Positions 50,878 through 64,000 of a stretch of 64,000 nucleotides of DNA are shown here, in pieces. Under the pieces are notes generated by a model. That model was given only the letters and a program-made list of their open reading frames with translations, did not search any database and had not been told where the DNA came from. The position numbers and the translations under genes are program-made. Where the stretch lies: assembly GCF_009914755.1 (NCBI RefSeq), contig NC_060930.1; one strand, given 5' to 3'. The DNA is from the human T2T-CHM13v2.0 reference genome, Homo sapiens. Every line of letters begins with the position of its first letter. The first letter of the stretch is position 1.

Positions 50878-51224
50878 CTGTTTTCCTTCCTTTATGGCTG
50901 TTTTAGAGTTTATTGAGATGAGCGTTAGGGCTAGTATTGATGAGTAATACACATTTATATTAATAAAAGATTGGATAGAAGATACTACCTCCTTTCTCTC
51001 AACCCCTCTCAGAGATTTTACCTTAAAAAAGAGGGACCAATTCAATCTAGTTCTAAAAAGGGAAAACTGACTTTATTCATCAGTGCTGAATTCATTACAA
51101 TAGGGACCTCTCTATCCAAAAATCACAAGCCTTCAATTTCTGCCCTCATATTTAGTCTCAAGGAGTGACCCACTGAGTGGGGAAAATAATTTCAAAGGTG
51201 TCACAAAGGTACCTTTTCTTTCCC

Positions 51225-51541
<317 letters not shown>

Positions 51542-52080
51542 TAATTCTTCTCCATCCAGTAATAGTATTTCCTTTAACTAAATCCTTTTACCCTAATGAA
51601 ATGAAAATAGCTCTAGAAATGATAATGTATTAAGTCTTGTTGGTCATTTATACCTTAGTGTGAACGAATTGAACAGATTCTGTCGGGGTGGAAAAGAGAC
51701 TGAAAGGGAAAGCCTAAGGAAGTCTGAAGCACCGAGAAAAAAACTCTGTAACTTTAAACTGGCCAGGTATTTTCTCAACAATAACACAGCCTTCCTTCTA
51801 TTCCCTCTAGCAGCTTCTTTCTTTTATGGCTGAAATGGCACAGATAACCTTTTCTTTAAAGTCTACAGAGGAATTCTGTGTTAGGAGAATAAGAAGATGA
51901 GAAGAAGAGAAAGGTGCTAGGGTTAATGCTTCCCCTGTGCCCAGCAGGGATGCTGTTAATAGCTTGCAAGCTGGCTGTGATGGTGAAGAAAACCTGCAGC
52001 AACACGCCAGCAACCAGGGTTCCAGACCCAATGAGGGGAGGAGTGCAGAATGTCTCATTCTAATTATGCCAAGGAATCTA

Positions 52081-52591
<511 letters not shown>

Positions 52592-53139
52592 TCAGCAACA
52601 CTGGAAGATTGTAAATTGCAGTCTAAAATGAACTGGCCTACCAACATTCAGTTCAGGGAAGAGATAGTGTTTCCAGCTCTCCACTTATGACAAACTTGCC
52701 ATTGTGAAGGAAAATTAATGTTCAAACAATAAAAACCCAAGGCTCAAGATCATAGGTTGGTGAAGTAGTGAACACTGCTTAAAAAGACAATCTTGGCCAA
52801 GGAAAAGACAAATTATAATTACAAACATATTGTTAGTTTATCCTACTGCTGAGGGTCAATCTGGGAGACTTTTCTTTTGTTTAGCCAACAACATGGTGAG
52901 CTTTTGTGATATGCAAAGATACACATTGAGCCTAATCTGGAATAAAGTCTGCAAACTTAAATTTTCCAAATCCTATTACAGGAACCGGGGTATGGAAGGT
53001 GGATGCTAGGGCTTTGAGAGCCCCAGGAGGAAAGACCATCCAAAGCCAGAGCTTAGGGCAATAAGGACTTGAAGTTCAAGGTGGTTTCTTTCCTGTGCCT
53101 GGTGCTGGTGCTACTTTGGGGAATGAAAGAAGAGAGGTG

Positions 53140-53539
<400 letters not shown>

Positions 53540-53886
53540 TCAAGGTGAGAGGGGCCATGAGGAAGAGGCATCCATCCTGGGATTGCAGGGAGGAAACTCG
53601 GCTTCCTCCAGTATTTGGTATGAATGTTGCGTCATTTAAATTTGTAACAACAGAAAGGGAAGGGAAGGGAAGGGAAAAGAAAAGAAGGAAAGGGTAAAAG
53701 CACAAGGGCAGAAGACAGTCCTCATACCTAACTAGTTTGCTCTGGCTGTATAAGGCATGATAAACACAGAAAGTCACAATCTTGCTATCTCCCAAGATGT
53801 GTCTCTTCCCTGCTTCAAATCTCAGACCCCAGACCATCTGGAATGGTTGGATTTTAAATCTGGACCTAGCTCCACATAGTCCAATC

Positions 53887-54076
53887 CAGTGGTGTGCTGT
53901 TTAACCAGCCAAGGGGGTGGAAAGGTAGGGGAGCTGGCTGATTTTTACTACGCAAATGCATCCACCTTGGCTAGTTTCAAGCTACAAACTTTACATCCCT
54001 GAAGGTGGAGCTGGGAAGAGATATGTGTGGAATCATGCTCACAGAAGCTAGTACAGCCAGCTCCAGCACACCACTG
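53887..54076. mobile_element. MER63-like hAT transposon
   Basis: TIRs cagtggtgtgctg / cagcacaccactg; 8-bp TSD-like gtccaatc/gctcaatc. Confidence 0.8.
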
Positions 54077-54109
54077 GCTCAATCCACATGAGGGTAATTC
54101 ACTCCACTC

Positions 54110-54540
54110 TGTCACAGGACTGGCCACCTGGCCTTCTTTCAATTCCCTTTACTTGCTCTGCTTCCTCCTGCAACAGGACTTTTGTACTTTCTGTTCCTTC
54201 TGCTAGGATGCTCTTTCCTTCCTTTACACCTAATCAATGTCTACTCATCCATCTGTTCTCAGCACAACTGTGACTTCTTTAAGCAAGATTTTCTGACCTC
54301 CCTGGCCAGGTCAACTACCTTAATTCTGGACTCTTGCTTTGTACCATGCACCTTTCCTTCCTAGGGCATGTCAATTGAACAATTTTACACTGTTCCATTG
54401 ATCATTTGATTAATGTCTGTCTCCCCTCCTTGATGGTAAGCTCTGGGAGGACGGGCCCTGAATGCTTCTGTTCCCATGGCATCCTTGTCACATAGCCTGG
54501 CAAATAACAGAGGTGTGATGACAATTTGTTGAATGAATGA
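54110..54540 (+). mobile_element. L2 3' end
   Basis: taatgtctgtctcccct..taagctctgggagg..aatttgttgaatgaatga. Confidence 0.8.
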
Positions 54541-54624
54541 GCATCACAGATCATCCCCAGTCCCAGTAAATCATCAGCTAGTCACTTTTTATTTGAAGGT
54601 GGAAAGTGTGAAGTGCAGAGTTAA

Positions 54625-55035
<411 letters not shown>

Positions 55036-55232
55036 TAACTTCTTCATCTGTGACGAACCACCCAGTAAACTGGCAGAGGTTTAGAATTCATTTTGTGTAA
55101 TCTGGAGCTACATAACAATGTCTTGCATGGTTATCTGGTAGAATCTTCCTCAAATAACCATATTTTATTCATTCTTTTCTATCTACACATACTCGCTCAA
55201 TACACTTGGATGTATCCAATTCAAATTAAATT

Positions 55233-55521
55233 GGCCGGGCATGGTGGCTCACACCTATAATCCCAGCATTTTGGGAGGTTGAGGCAGGCAGATTGCTTGA
55301 GCCCAGAGTTCGAGACCAACCTAGGCAACACGGAGAAACCCCATCTCTACAAAAAATCAAAAAATTAGCCGGGCATGGTGGCATGTGCCTATAGTCCCAG
55401 CTACTCAGAAGGTGAGGTGCGAGGATTGCTTAAGCCCAGGAGGTGGAGGTTGCAGTGAGCCAAGATCGCACCATTGCACTCCAGCCTGGGCAACAAAGTG
55501 AGACCCTGTCTCAAAAAAAAA
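55233..55521 (+). mobile_element. AluJ-like
   Basis: Dimer with gattgcttgagccca diagnostics. Confidence 0.93.
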
Positions 55522-56939
55522 TTGATTTAATATGGAAAACAAGAAGAGAAATGTGTACTTTTTAGTCTACACAACTTCCACTCCTCAGAGTATTAACATT
55601 TCATTGGTGAAGTTACATCAGCATTTAAATAATGAAAGTGTATGTCATGTAGCAAATTGAAAGGACTTACAAAAAACTGTTAAATCATAGCTGAAGTTAT
55701 GTGGAGTACCCATATAATAAATCCTCATACAACTTTATGAAGCACAGAAAGGTTGAGCTAAGGGTTCAAGGTCATACAGCCAGAAATAGTGTAGACTTGG
55801 AAGGCACTGACTCGGACACCGGTGCTCATGCTTCTGCTTACTAAGCTGTGCAGCCCAAGATCTTTCCAAGGGGAAAAGATCAAATACAAAATAAATACAG
55901 TGATTCCTCAGTCAGGAAAGAATAATACGGGTCAAACATGTAATAGAATTGGAAGAAGCCAAAAAAAAAAAAAAACAGTTAACAACCATGTTAGGGTAAG
56001 AGGCTAGGATGATAGGTAGATATGGATTTTTTTGTTTTTGGTTTTTGGTTACTTTTAACAGTTCATTTAAGGTTGTTATAAAGCAATTTTTGAAGGAAAA
56101 ATAAACCCAGCTTGCATCATTTGACAATGGAGCATGCCCACACACCATCATTAGCATCTTGCTGAGGATTGTAAGAGAAAAAGTAGATTTTAGTTTATTC
56201 CTCTGTAGACACGTGAGCTGTATCCTGGCCTAGTCATAGTCGTAGGAGCATATTTTGGCAGTAAAATCGTAGTTAAATTTAGTTAAACTGCTTAGCTATG
56301 CATGAAAAGTCAAGAGTTGACTATATGCAGTTCAATTTAACTTTCTGTAAAGAATCCATTAGGGACTAAAGCCAGGCTTCAGCAAAAATTAAAAAGACAT
56401 TTCCTGAAACCAATAAACATCACTCACTACAGTTGCTACTCAGTACAATTCCCTTTACCAATAGCAATTTTAACGTTCACAGAGAACTTCCCATGTGCCA
56501 AATGCTAGGCTCAGTGCTAGGGCTGGGTGTGCATGCTTTCTCTTCATTCTTATAAGCCCCTGTGATTTACCTGCTGTCATTGTCCTCCTTTTAGAGTTGA
56601 GAAGTGAAGTAACTAGCTCAGGTTGACACTTTCAACCAAAGGGAGAGCAGAATTGTGAATGAAATTATTTCTCTCTGATTCGCTGCACACATTTCATTGA
56701 AAAATACAAAAAGTTCAGGAGGAAATGTTCAGCTCTGACTGGCCAGTGGCAGGATTTGGTCATTTGGCCATGTTAAGTCTCGACAATTTCTCTCTGGAAA
56801 CCCTTTTAGAACTATATTCCATGAGGGAGCTTCTGCTTTGTGAGAAACCTGACAAAAGCAGCCTCTTTGCTTACTGACAAAAAACCAAACAAACCAAAAC
56901 AAAAACCTGCTCTAAGAAATAAAAAGCTGCAAAATCAAT

Positions 56940-57112
56940 AGCAGTAGTTTTTAATTCTAATACATTTGAATCATCTGGAGAGTTTTGAAAAAATACTAAT
57001 ACTTGAGCCCCATCCCAGACCAATTAAACAAGAATTTCTTGGGGGTGGAGCCTGGGCCTTAGTGAGTTTTTAAGAGCTTCCTGGGTGATTGTAATGTGCA
57101 GCAAAGCCAGGA
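56940..57112. mobile_element. MER5A-like hAT-Charlie transposon
   Basis: gaatcatctggagag..ccccatcccagaccaattaaacaagaat..gggtgattgtaatgtgcagc. Confidence 0.75.
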
Positions 57113-57426
57113 ACAGTTTGCTTGCCTGTTATCAGAGTGCTGAGCTTATTCAAGACCTCGTATCTGTCTTCTCTGCCTCCTCATCCCTAACCATGCTAGG
57201 CAAAAAAAAAAAAAAAAAATGTGCATTGCATAATGAAAGTAATGGCAAATGAATTCGATGTTTTAAACAATATTTTTGCGAATAGGCTTAATTTGTAAAC
57301 GTATACAACTGCTTGAATTGTTGTTTATTTTATAAATTTACCTACACTCTGCCACCAGAATTTTCTAATTTCAAAGTCATACCAAAAGGCAACAGTAGAT
57401 GGCCCACCTCTCTCAGAAAGAGACAA

Positions 57427-57530
57427 GGCTGTTTGGCCTACCTGTGGAGTAGCCATTCTTTTATTCCTTAACTTTTATTAAACTTGCTTTCACTTAAAAA
57501 AAAAAGAAAGAAAGAAAGAAAAAGAAAGAT
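57427..57530 (+). mobile_element. Polyadenylated ERV1 LTR (LTR8-like) R-region fragment
   Basis: tggagtagccattcttttattcctt..attaaacttgctttcactt followed directly by an A-run and (GAAA)n. Confidence 0.6.
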
Positions 57531-58847
57531 CAAAGAGCCAACATTGTGTATTAAATGGAAGAGCCAAAGCTTTCCTTGTAAGTTAACGTGAGGTGGGAGG
57601 TGAATAAGATCAAAAAACATGATGAGAAAAATAACTCAGAGACTTTCTTAGAATAATTGAAGAGTGAGTTAAAAGAATCACTACAAAAATAAATGCTAGG
57701 AATGGAAATGAGCAAAAGTGATTCCAGGGTATGCAGTCTTTGATACTGATAATGAAAGTAGTGAAAGTTAGAACAGGGAAGTTGGCAAACCATAAAAATT
57801 GAGTCCCAGAGTTCCCGTTAATTATGGATATCTTTTTTCCCCTTTTTGGGTGAAAGTGGGAATGGAAGATTTGGGTTTATATGGACAACATCTGTGAGGA
57901 AACTTGGTTATGCCTTTCTCTGACTGCCAATGGGCAGCATACAGAAGGGTGAGAAAGCCCAGGAATTTTCCATTGCCTCATCTATTCTTAAAATTGTTTT
58001 CATTTTCACTTTCACCATTTGTATTATACTCCAGAGTCACCAAATAAACATACCACTCATTAGAAATTAACTAAAGTAAAAGTCTAATTAAAGACTAACT
58101 TCTATCTGGTTCATCTTCTAACATGAAGTATTTGTTATAATTAAAGCAGAGTTGAAGAGGATTGTCTTTTCTTTTTTATACAAGGGTAATTTTTAACCAA
58201 TAAAAATAAGAATCGGCGCCATCAAGAACTTTTCGCCTGCCGATCTCAATACACACTCAAGGGATACTCACTTCCATCAAGTAGGAAAGTACAACAATTA
58301 CTTCCATTTTACAACTGGACCAACTGAGAGAGAGACAAAAGGTGATTTGACAAAGACCTTCAAATGAAGTTAGTCTCATCACTCCTAATCCACAGTTCTA
58401 CTTTTAAATGAACTTTCCTGCTTTATTACCTCTGGGCTGGTAGAGATTTGAAGATTCATTTTCCCCTTAAGGATAGTTATGTCCTAGTTCTAAGACCTAC
58501 TATGACTAAATGCTCCAAGTATGATTTTAGTCATTAGTTTCAACTTTTGACCCTAAACTCTGTCTGGACCTGTGTAAAGCCAGAGACCCTACTTAAAGCT
58601 CCAGTGAAGAGGAGGCAAGAGAACACATCCCTCCTGCGGTGCTTATAACTCAGCTCGTAACTTGATGCCAGGAACATTAAACCCCACTACAAAGTCAGAC
58701 TCCTCCATATACAAGACTGTAGATCATCGGAGTCTCATTTCAGCATGCTGAAGAAGGGGCTGAATTTTAATGTAGACCTACCATCTCGCAGTATGTGCAG
58801 CTATGGCAATGCATTGATCCTCTGGTAGAAATTAGAGATCTCTTTCC

Positions 58848-59327
58848 TTTAAGCCCATTCATTACCAGGCCTCGGCGTGTAGAGAGAAGGGAGTGGTAGA
58901 GTGGTTTAGGTTAGACAGTGGTGGCCAAAGCAATGCCAGTAGCCATGGCCATGATGCAGGTAGACAGTGTGTGATAGCCCAGTCACTTCCTTCTGGCATG
59001 AGGTCACCCCAACTTTGACCCAGCTCTATGCACAAACAAGTAAAAGTCTAAGGAAGTGTTCTGTTGTGTTTATTCTAGCTGCGCATGTCAAATTGCTTTT
59101 AGCAAGGCTGAATCTGTTTAATGCTGAGAATGGGAGGTGGCTGACAACCCTTTTTAACAGTACAGACAATTCTGGCTGAGTACCCAGTTTACACAATTGC
59201 ATCTGTAAACACATGTGGTGGAGGTGGTGGTAATAGACTTGTATTATGGTTCGCTTAGTTCCTGAGTACGTGATTAATACTAATTGTAACTACAAACAAG
59301 TACTGAAGCTACTCCTCTGCAGACAAA

Positions 59328-59358
<31 letters not shown>

Positions 59359-59456
59359 TTTTTGTCTTTAAACCCATTTATTACCAGGCTTCAGTGAGTA
59401 CAGAGTAGTAGGGTGGCCTGGGGTAGACAGCTGTAGCCAAAGCAATGTCTATGCAC
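58848..59456 (+). repeat. Diverged local direct duplication (about 58848-58940 and 59368-59456)
   Basis: cccatt(c/t)attaccaggc...tagacag..g(t/g).gccaaagcaatg present twice, about 520 bp apart. Confidence 0.8.
59325..59359. repeat. (A)n(TA)n microsatellite
   Basis: A-run followed by about 12 TA units. Confidence 0.95.
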
Positions 59457-59771
59457 ACTATCTCTATGAAGAGATCATATAAATCTATATTCAGAAATTT
59501 TTTAATACAAAAAATCAATTACTATTAACATTTTCACTAAGTTATAATAAATCCAATCCCAATGTTTTCTACATTAAATTGTTTATTGTTCTCTGTTACA
59601 TTTAAAATGAAATCTAAACTGCCAGTATAAGGAATCCAGTATCTTTTACAAACTATCTCCAACATATCTCCCCATCTTTATCTTAAACCACTACCTACCA
59701 GCTCTCCTGTTCCCCAGAACACACTCCCTGATCGTGCTATCCAGAACTAACCATTTTCGGAGTGTGTTATT

Positions 59772-60150
59772 GGCCAAGATTGCCAACTGTAGGTCTGTGG
59801 GCCCATCCATCCTGCAGACATGTTTTGTTTGGGCCTGAGAGTGTTTAAAAAGATTTTTGTTTGGACATTTTACAGAACTTCTATTTTTCTCTCCTTCCTG
59901 TAGAAGATAGCTAATTAAAAAAAAAAGAACTTTAATTTTTTTTTGTAAAGAAATGGAAGATTCACTAACATTGGGCCCACATCCTGCATGGCAGCAAACA
60001 GTCAAAGCTAAGTAATTGCTGTTTGCTTGAAATGTGGCATGTTCTCTAGTTCTCTACAATCTCCACCCCTTTTCATTGCATCATTCTTAGCTGGTCATTC
60101 ATTTTCTTTATCTGATTTGTCTCCATAGGGTCACACACTTTATAATTCCA
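59772..60150 (+). mobile_element. MER102-like hAT transposon
   Basis: cctgcagacatgttttgtttgggcc..cattgggcccacatcctgcatggcagcaa. Confidence 0.7.
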
Positions 60151-60664
60151 TATTGTTCCCTCATGCTAGTTCCTCTTTGGGAAATGTTCTGAGTTTCTCT
60201 CCCATATGCTTCTACTAGTGCCAACCCAGTATCTCCTCCTCTGTGAAGTCCTTCATTTGTGATCCTTTCTCATTCGTCTGTGATCCCTGATACACACTGT
60301 TAGCATAGGACTGACCACAATATATCAACATTCATTATAAACAACAACTCCCTGACTACTGGTCTCCTCAAGTACAAGAATCTCTGTTACTATTTATCTC
60401 TGTATCACCAATATTTAGCACTGATGATAATGAATGAGTAAGTATACAAGACAGTCATAACGTGATATAGAAAAGTCTCAATAAATTCCCATGACATTGA
60501 AGGGAAAGTGACTATTTTTTCTGAGTCAGGCGTCAATTGGGTTAACAGTGGTTGAAAGTGGAGCAAAAAAGTAGGGTAGCAATAAAGTTAAGAACACAAG
60601 CAGAATCCTTGCGTAAGAACAAATTCAGAAAGCAGTACATACCTTCCAAATACAGATAGGTAAA

Positions 60665-60760
60665 ATAGAAAAAGAAGAAGAGAGGAAGGAGAAGGAGGAG
60701 AAGATGAAGGAGAAGAAAAGGGAGAAGAAGATGAAGACAACATGAGGAAAACTGTGAAGG
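60665..60760. repeat. GA-rich low-complexity tract
   Basis: Nearly pure purine run (gaagaagaagagaggaaggagaaggaggagaag...). Confidence 0.85.
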
Positions 60761-62370
60761 AAACAGAGACATGAGGAGAGTATTTGTATTTACATTCTGT
60801 AGCTAAAACCATTTTCAAATGAAGTCGTATTGTTCTTACAATTAAGGAAAGTCAATTTCAGGAATTGTTTATAAACCAATTCCTCTACATTACAGAGATA
60901 AGAGGTTCAAATTGCCAAATGTATGTTATGGAAGGAAAAACAAAAACAAGGAGAAAGTAACTCCCATTTTTTTAAACCTTTCACTAAAGAATGAAGATGG
61001 GGACCAGGGGAATAGTGAACCCTTAACATCTGAAGGGTTTGACTGCTAGGGAGACCAGAAGTTAACTGTATTTTCCTAAAGCAACAATTAGCATTACAGG
61101 GTTTTAAAATCTCTTACGTTTGCATCTTAAATTAATTCTAGTAAGCAACAAAAATATGAAGGAACTGGTGAACAGTTGTTGACTGAATGAGGCACCTGAA
61201 AAGTAAAAATTATTTGCATGCATCATAACAACAAAACGAATACCCTGTGCTAGTAAACAGTCTTCTGGTGTGTGTAAAGCAGTTCTTTACTACTCTAAGA
61301 GGTACACGTGCTCTCATCTTCTTAGAGCACCTCCTTTAGCTTCTAAGCGAAGTACTCTGACAAATGCATGCCTACAGGTCTTTAAATGTATCCTTCATAC
61401 CACCTATTATTAATGTACTCTGCCTTCTTTTCTATTAGCTGCTTAAAAAGGAAGAAGAAAGAGGCATGGAGCACTTGACCTAGAAGGACAAGTTGCCAAT
61501 TTTTTAAATGAAAGAAAGGAAGTGTAGTGTCTGCAAGGTGACAGGTTTATGTGGGAGAGTTATTTTTGAATGACTTCAAGGTACCTCATATCGTTCTGGT
61601 ATAACATCAACTGAGTGGTGTGCTCTTAATTTTTAAAAGTTTTTTCTCTCTTACAAAATCCTGTTGAAAATAGAAAACATGCACATGTAAGTATAAGCTA
61701 CTAATTTCCTCAAGTGTCTTCTATGGAGTTACAAAACTCATGATGAAATAACAGCCTCTTTAAACACTGTGTTCAATATCTCTGACTTCAGTTTGTGCCG
61801 TTAGACGGTCCCCAGCATCCGAACATTCGTCCCCAATCCCATGCCCCCACCCCCAAAACCTCTGCTTTATAAGCAAATAAGACGTAGAAATGCTAAGAGG
61901 AAGAACTGAAATGGTTTCTGGGAGGAAGAAAGTATGTCTCCACATTATCATTCTAAACCATCTATGATCACGGTCAAATCCTTTCCTGTCACCAGTTTTT
62001 AAAATTAAATGTTTTATTTTACTTGAATGAACAGCAAACTGTATAGGTTTCACAGTCTATAAATATATATATTTTAAAACTGGTTCCTTGACTCTGTTTT
62101 CTTCATCCTAGGGATCTAAATTGCTTCCTTTGGAAAACTGACTAAAATTTCACCAGGACAGTTAAGACAAAGTAACATTAGTTGTAGTTTTATTTTTTAT
62201 AGTTATATGCAATAGCTATAACTTATTATAGTCTGATTATAATCTTCTATTCCTGTTCTTTGCCATAAGCGATTTTGACTTTTAAGAGACTTTTGACTTG
62301 TAAGAAGAATGCAAAATTTATTATCTATTTTCAATAAATTAGTCAGAATAAGATCTTACCTATTATTTTC

Positions 62371-62581
62371 TTTTTTTTTTTAGGCATCCATTAATTTTAT
62401 TCAGTAGCGAAAAGTACTTGGAAATAAATTTTGGAATTTTTCAGTTCATGCCTTATTTGGTACTGGATATTCTGCAAGTTTATCCAGGACTTCCTGGACT
62501 TTTTGTATCCTGTGCTTACAGTGGGATGTTAAGGTATGAACTATGACTCTAATAACACATGATTTCCCGGTTGTATCTTTC
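62371..62581 (-). other. Putative L1 3'-transduced segment with its own polyadenylation signal and poly(A)
   Basis: On the minus strand, downstream of the L1 tail: about 200 nt of non-L1 sequence, AATAAA at 62401-62396, a 14-nt gap, A11 at 62381-62371, then GAAAATAATAGGTAAG (candidate TSD). Confidence 0.7.
62445..62533 (+). pseudogene. SLC5A8: Solitary duplicated exon of SLC5A8 (SMCT1, sodium-coupled monocarboxylate transporter), exon-8-like fragment
   Basis: tttttcag|TTCATG...TTAAG|gtatga, 89 nt, translates [29 protein letters not shown] versus recalled human SLC5A8 [29 protein letters not shown] (25/29). No other SLC5A8 exon or CpG-island exon 1 seen in the 62 kb upstream, so it is a fragment and not the gene. 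Confidence 0.85.
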
Positions 62582-64000
62582 TTTTTTCTTTCTTTTTTTT
62601 TTTTTTTTTAAATTACACTTTAAGTTCTGGGATACATGTGTAGAACACGCAGATTTGTTGCATAGGTATACACATGCCTTGGTGGTTCACTGCACCCATC
62701 AACCTGTCATCTACATTAGGTATTTCTTCTAATGCTATCCCTCCCCTAGCCCCCAACCCCCAACAGGTCCAGTGTGTGATGTTCCCCTCCCTGTGTCCAT
62801 GTTCTCATTGTTCAACTCCCAATTATGACTGAGAATACGTGGTGTTTGGCTTTCTGTTCCTGTGTTAGTTTGCTGAGAATTATGGTTTCCAGATTCATCC
62901 ATGTTCCTGCAAAGGACATGAACTCATCCTTTTTTATGGCTGCATAATATTCCATAATGTATATGTGCCACATTTTCTTTATCCAGTCTATCATTGATGG
63001 GCATTTGGGTTGGTTCCAAGTCTTTGCTATTGTGAACAGTGTTGCAATAAACATGTGCATGCAAGTGTCTTTTTAGTAGAACGGTTTATAATCCTTTGGG
63101 TATATACCCAGTAATGGGATTGCTGGGTCAAATGGTCTTTCTGGTTCTAGATCCTTAAGAATTTGACACACTGTCTTCCACAATAGTTGAACTAGTTTAC
63201 ACTGCCCCCAACAGTGTAAAAGCATTTCTATTTCTCCACATCCTCTCCAGCATCTGTTGTTTCCTGACTTTTTAATGATCGCCATTCTAACTGGCATGAG
63301 ATGGTATCTCATTGTGGTTTTGATTTGCATTTCCCTAATGACCAGTGATGATTAGCTTTTTTTCGTATGTTTCTTGGCCACATAAATGTCTTCTTTTGAG
63401 AAGTGTCTGTTCATATCCTTTGCCCACTTTTTGATGGGGTTGTTTGTTTTTTTCTTGTAAATTTGTTTAAGTTCTTTGTAGATTCTGGATATTTGCCCTT
63501 TGTCAGATGGATAGATTGCAAAAATTTTCTCGCATTCTGTAGGTTGCCTGTTCACTCTGATGATAGTTCCTTTTGTTGTGCAGAAGCTCTTTAGTTTAAT
63601 TATATCCCATTGGTCAATTTTGGCTTTTGTTGCCATTGCTTTTTGTGTTTTTAGTCAGGAAGTCTTTGCCCATGCCTATGTCCTGAATGGTGGTGCCTAG
63701 GTTGTCTTCTAGGGTTTTTATGGTTTTAGGTCTTATGTTTAAATCTTTAATCCATTTTGAGTTAATTTTTGTATAAGGTGTAAGGAAGGGGTCCAGTTTC
63801 AGTTTTCTGCATATGGCTAGCCAGTTTTCCCAACACCTTTTATTAAATAGGAAATCCTTTCCCCATTGCTTGTTTTTGTCAGGTTTATCAAAGATCAGAT
63901 GGTTGTAGACGTGTGGCACTATTTCTGAGGCCTCTATTCTGTTCTATTGGTCTAGATGTCTGTTTTGGTACCAGCACCATGCTGTTTTGGTTACTGTAGC
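62582..64000 (-). mobile_element. L1PA7-like LINE-1, 3' UTR and ORF2 C-terminus, continues past the window end
   Basis: Poly(T) 62582-62609, then the L1PA 3' UTR (taagttctgggatacatgtg...) and frameshifted ORF2 pieces ([38 protein letters not shown]; AKTWNQPKCPSMIDWIKKMWHIY). Confidence 0.95.

Noticed and set aside
58270-58345. Minus-strand acceptor and GTGAGT donor pair
   Set aside because: It lies in a MIR core, which commonly mimics splice signals; no other support.

Overview
Primate, human-like, AT-rich intergenic or intronic DNA, roughly half interspersed repeats: about 27 Alu loci, L1PA/L1PB/L1M pieces, L2, MIR, CR1, MaLR/ERVL LTRs and hAT/mariner DNA transposons. There is no CpG island, no intact protein-coding gene, no recognisable RNA gene and no CRISPR. 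Most entries in the ORF track are Alu, L1 or chance ORFs. The clearest non-repeat signal is a solitary, splice-site-intact copy of one SLC5A8 (SMCT1) exon at 62445-62533. It lies between the poly(A) tail of an L1PA7-like element and a second AATAAA+poly(A), which is the architecture of an L1 3' transduction that captured an exon. Other points of interest: a possible decayed, unnamed signal-peptide gene on the minus strand (15.3 kb to about 7.1 kb); an unidentified retrocopy-like insert in an old L1 (22.2-22.8 kb); an L1PB element collapsed around a TSD-less Alu; tightly inverted Alu arms; a polyadenylated ERV LTR fragment; and a local diverged duplication. Repeat subfamily names and the SLC5A8 match come from recalled consensus and protein sequences, not from a search. 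Repeat boundaries are approximate.
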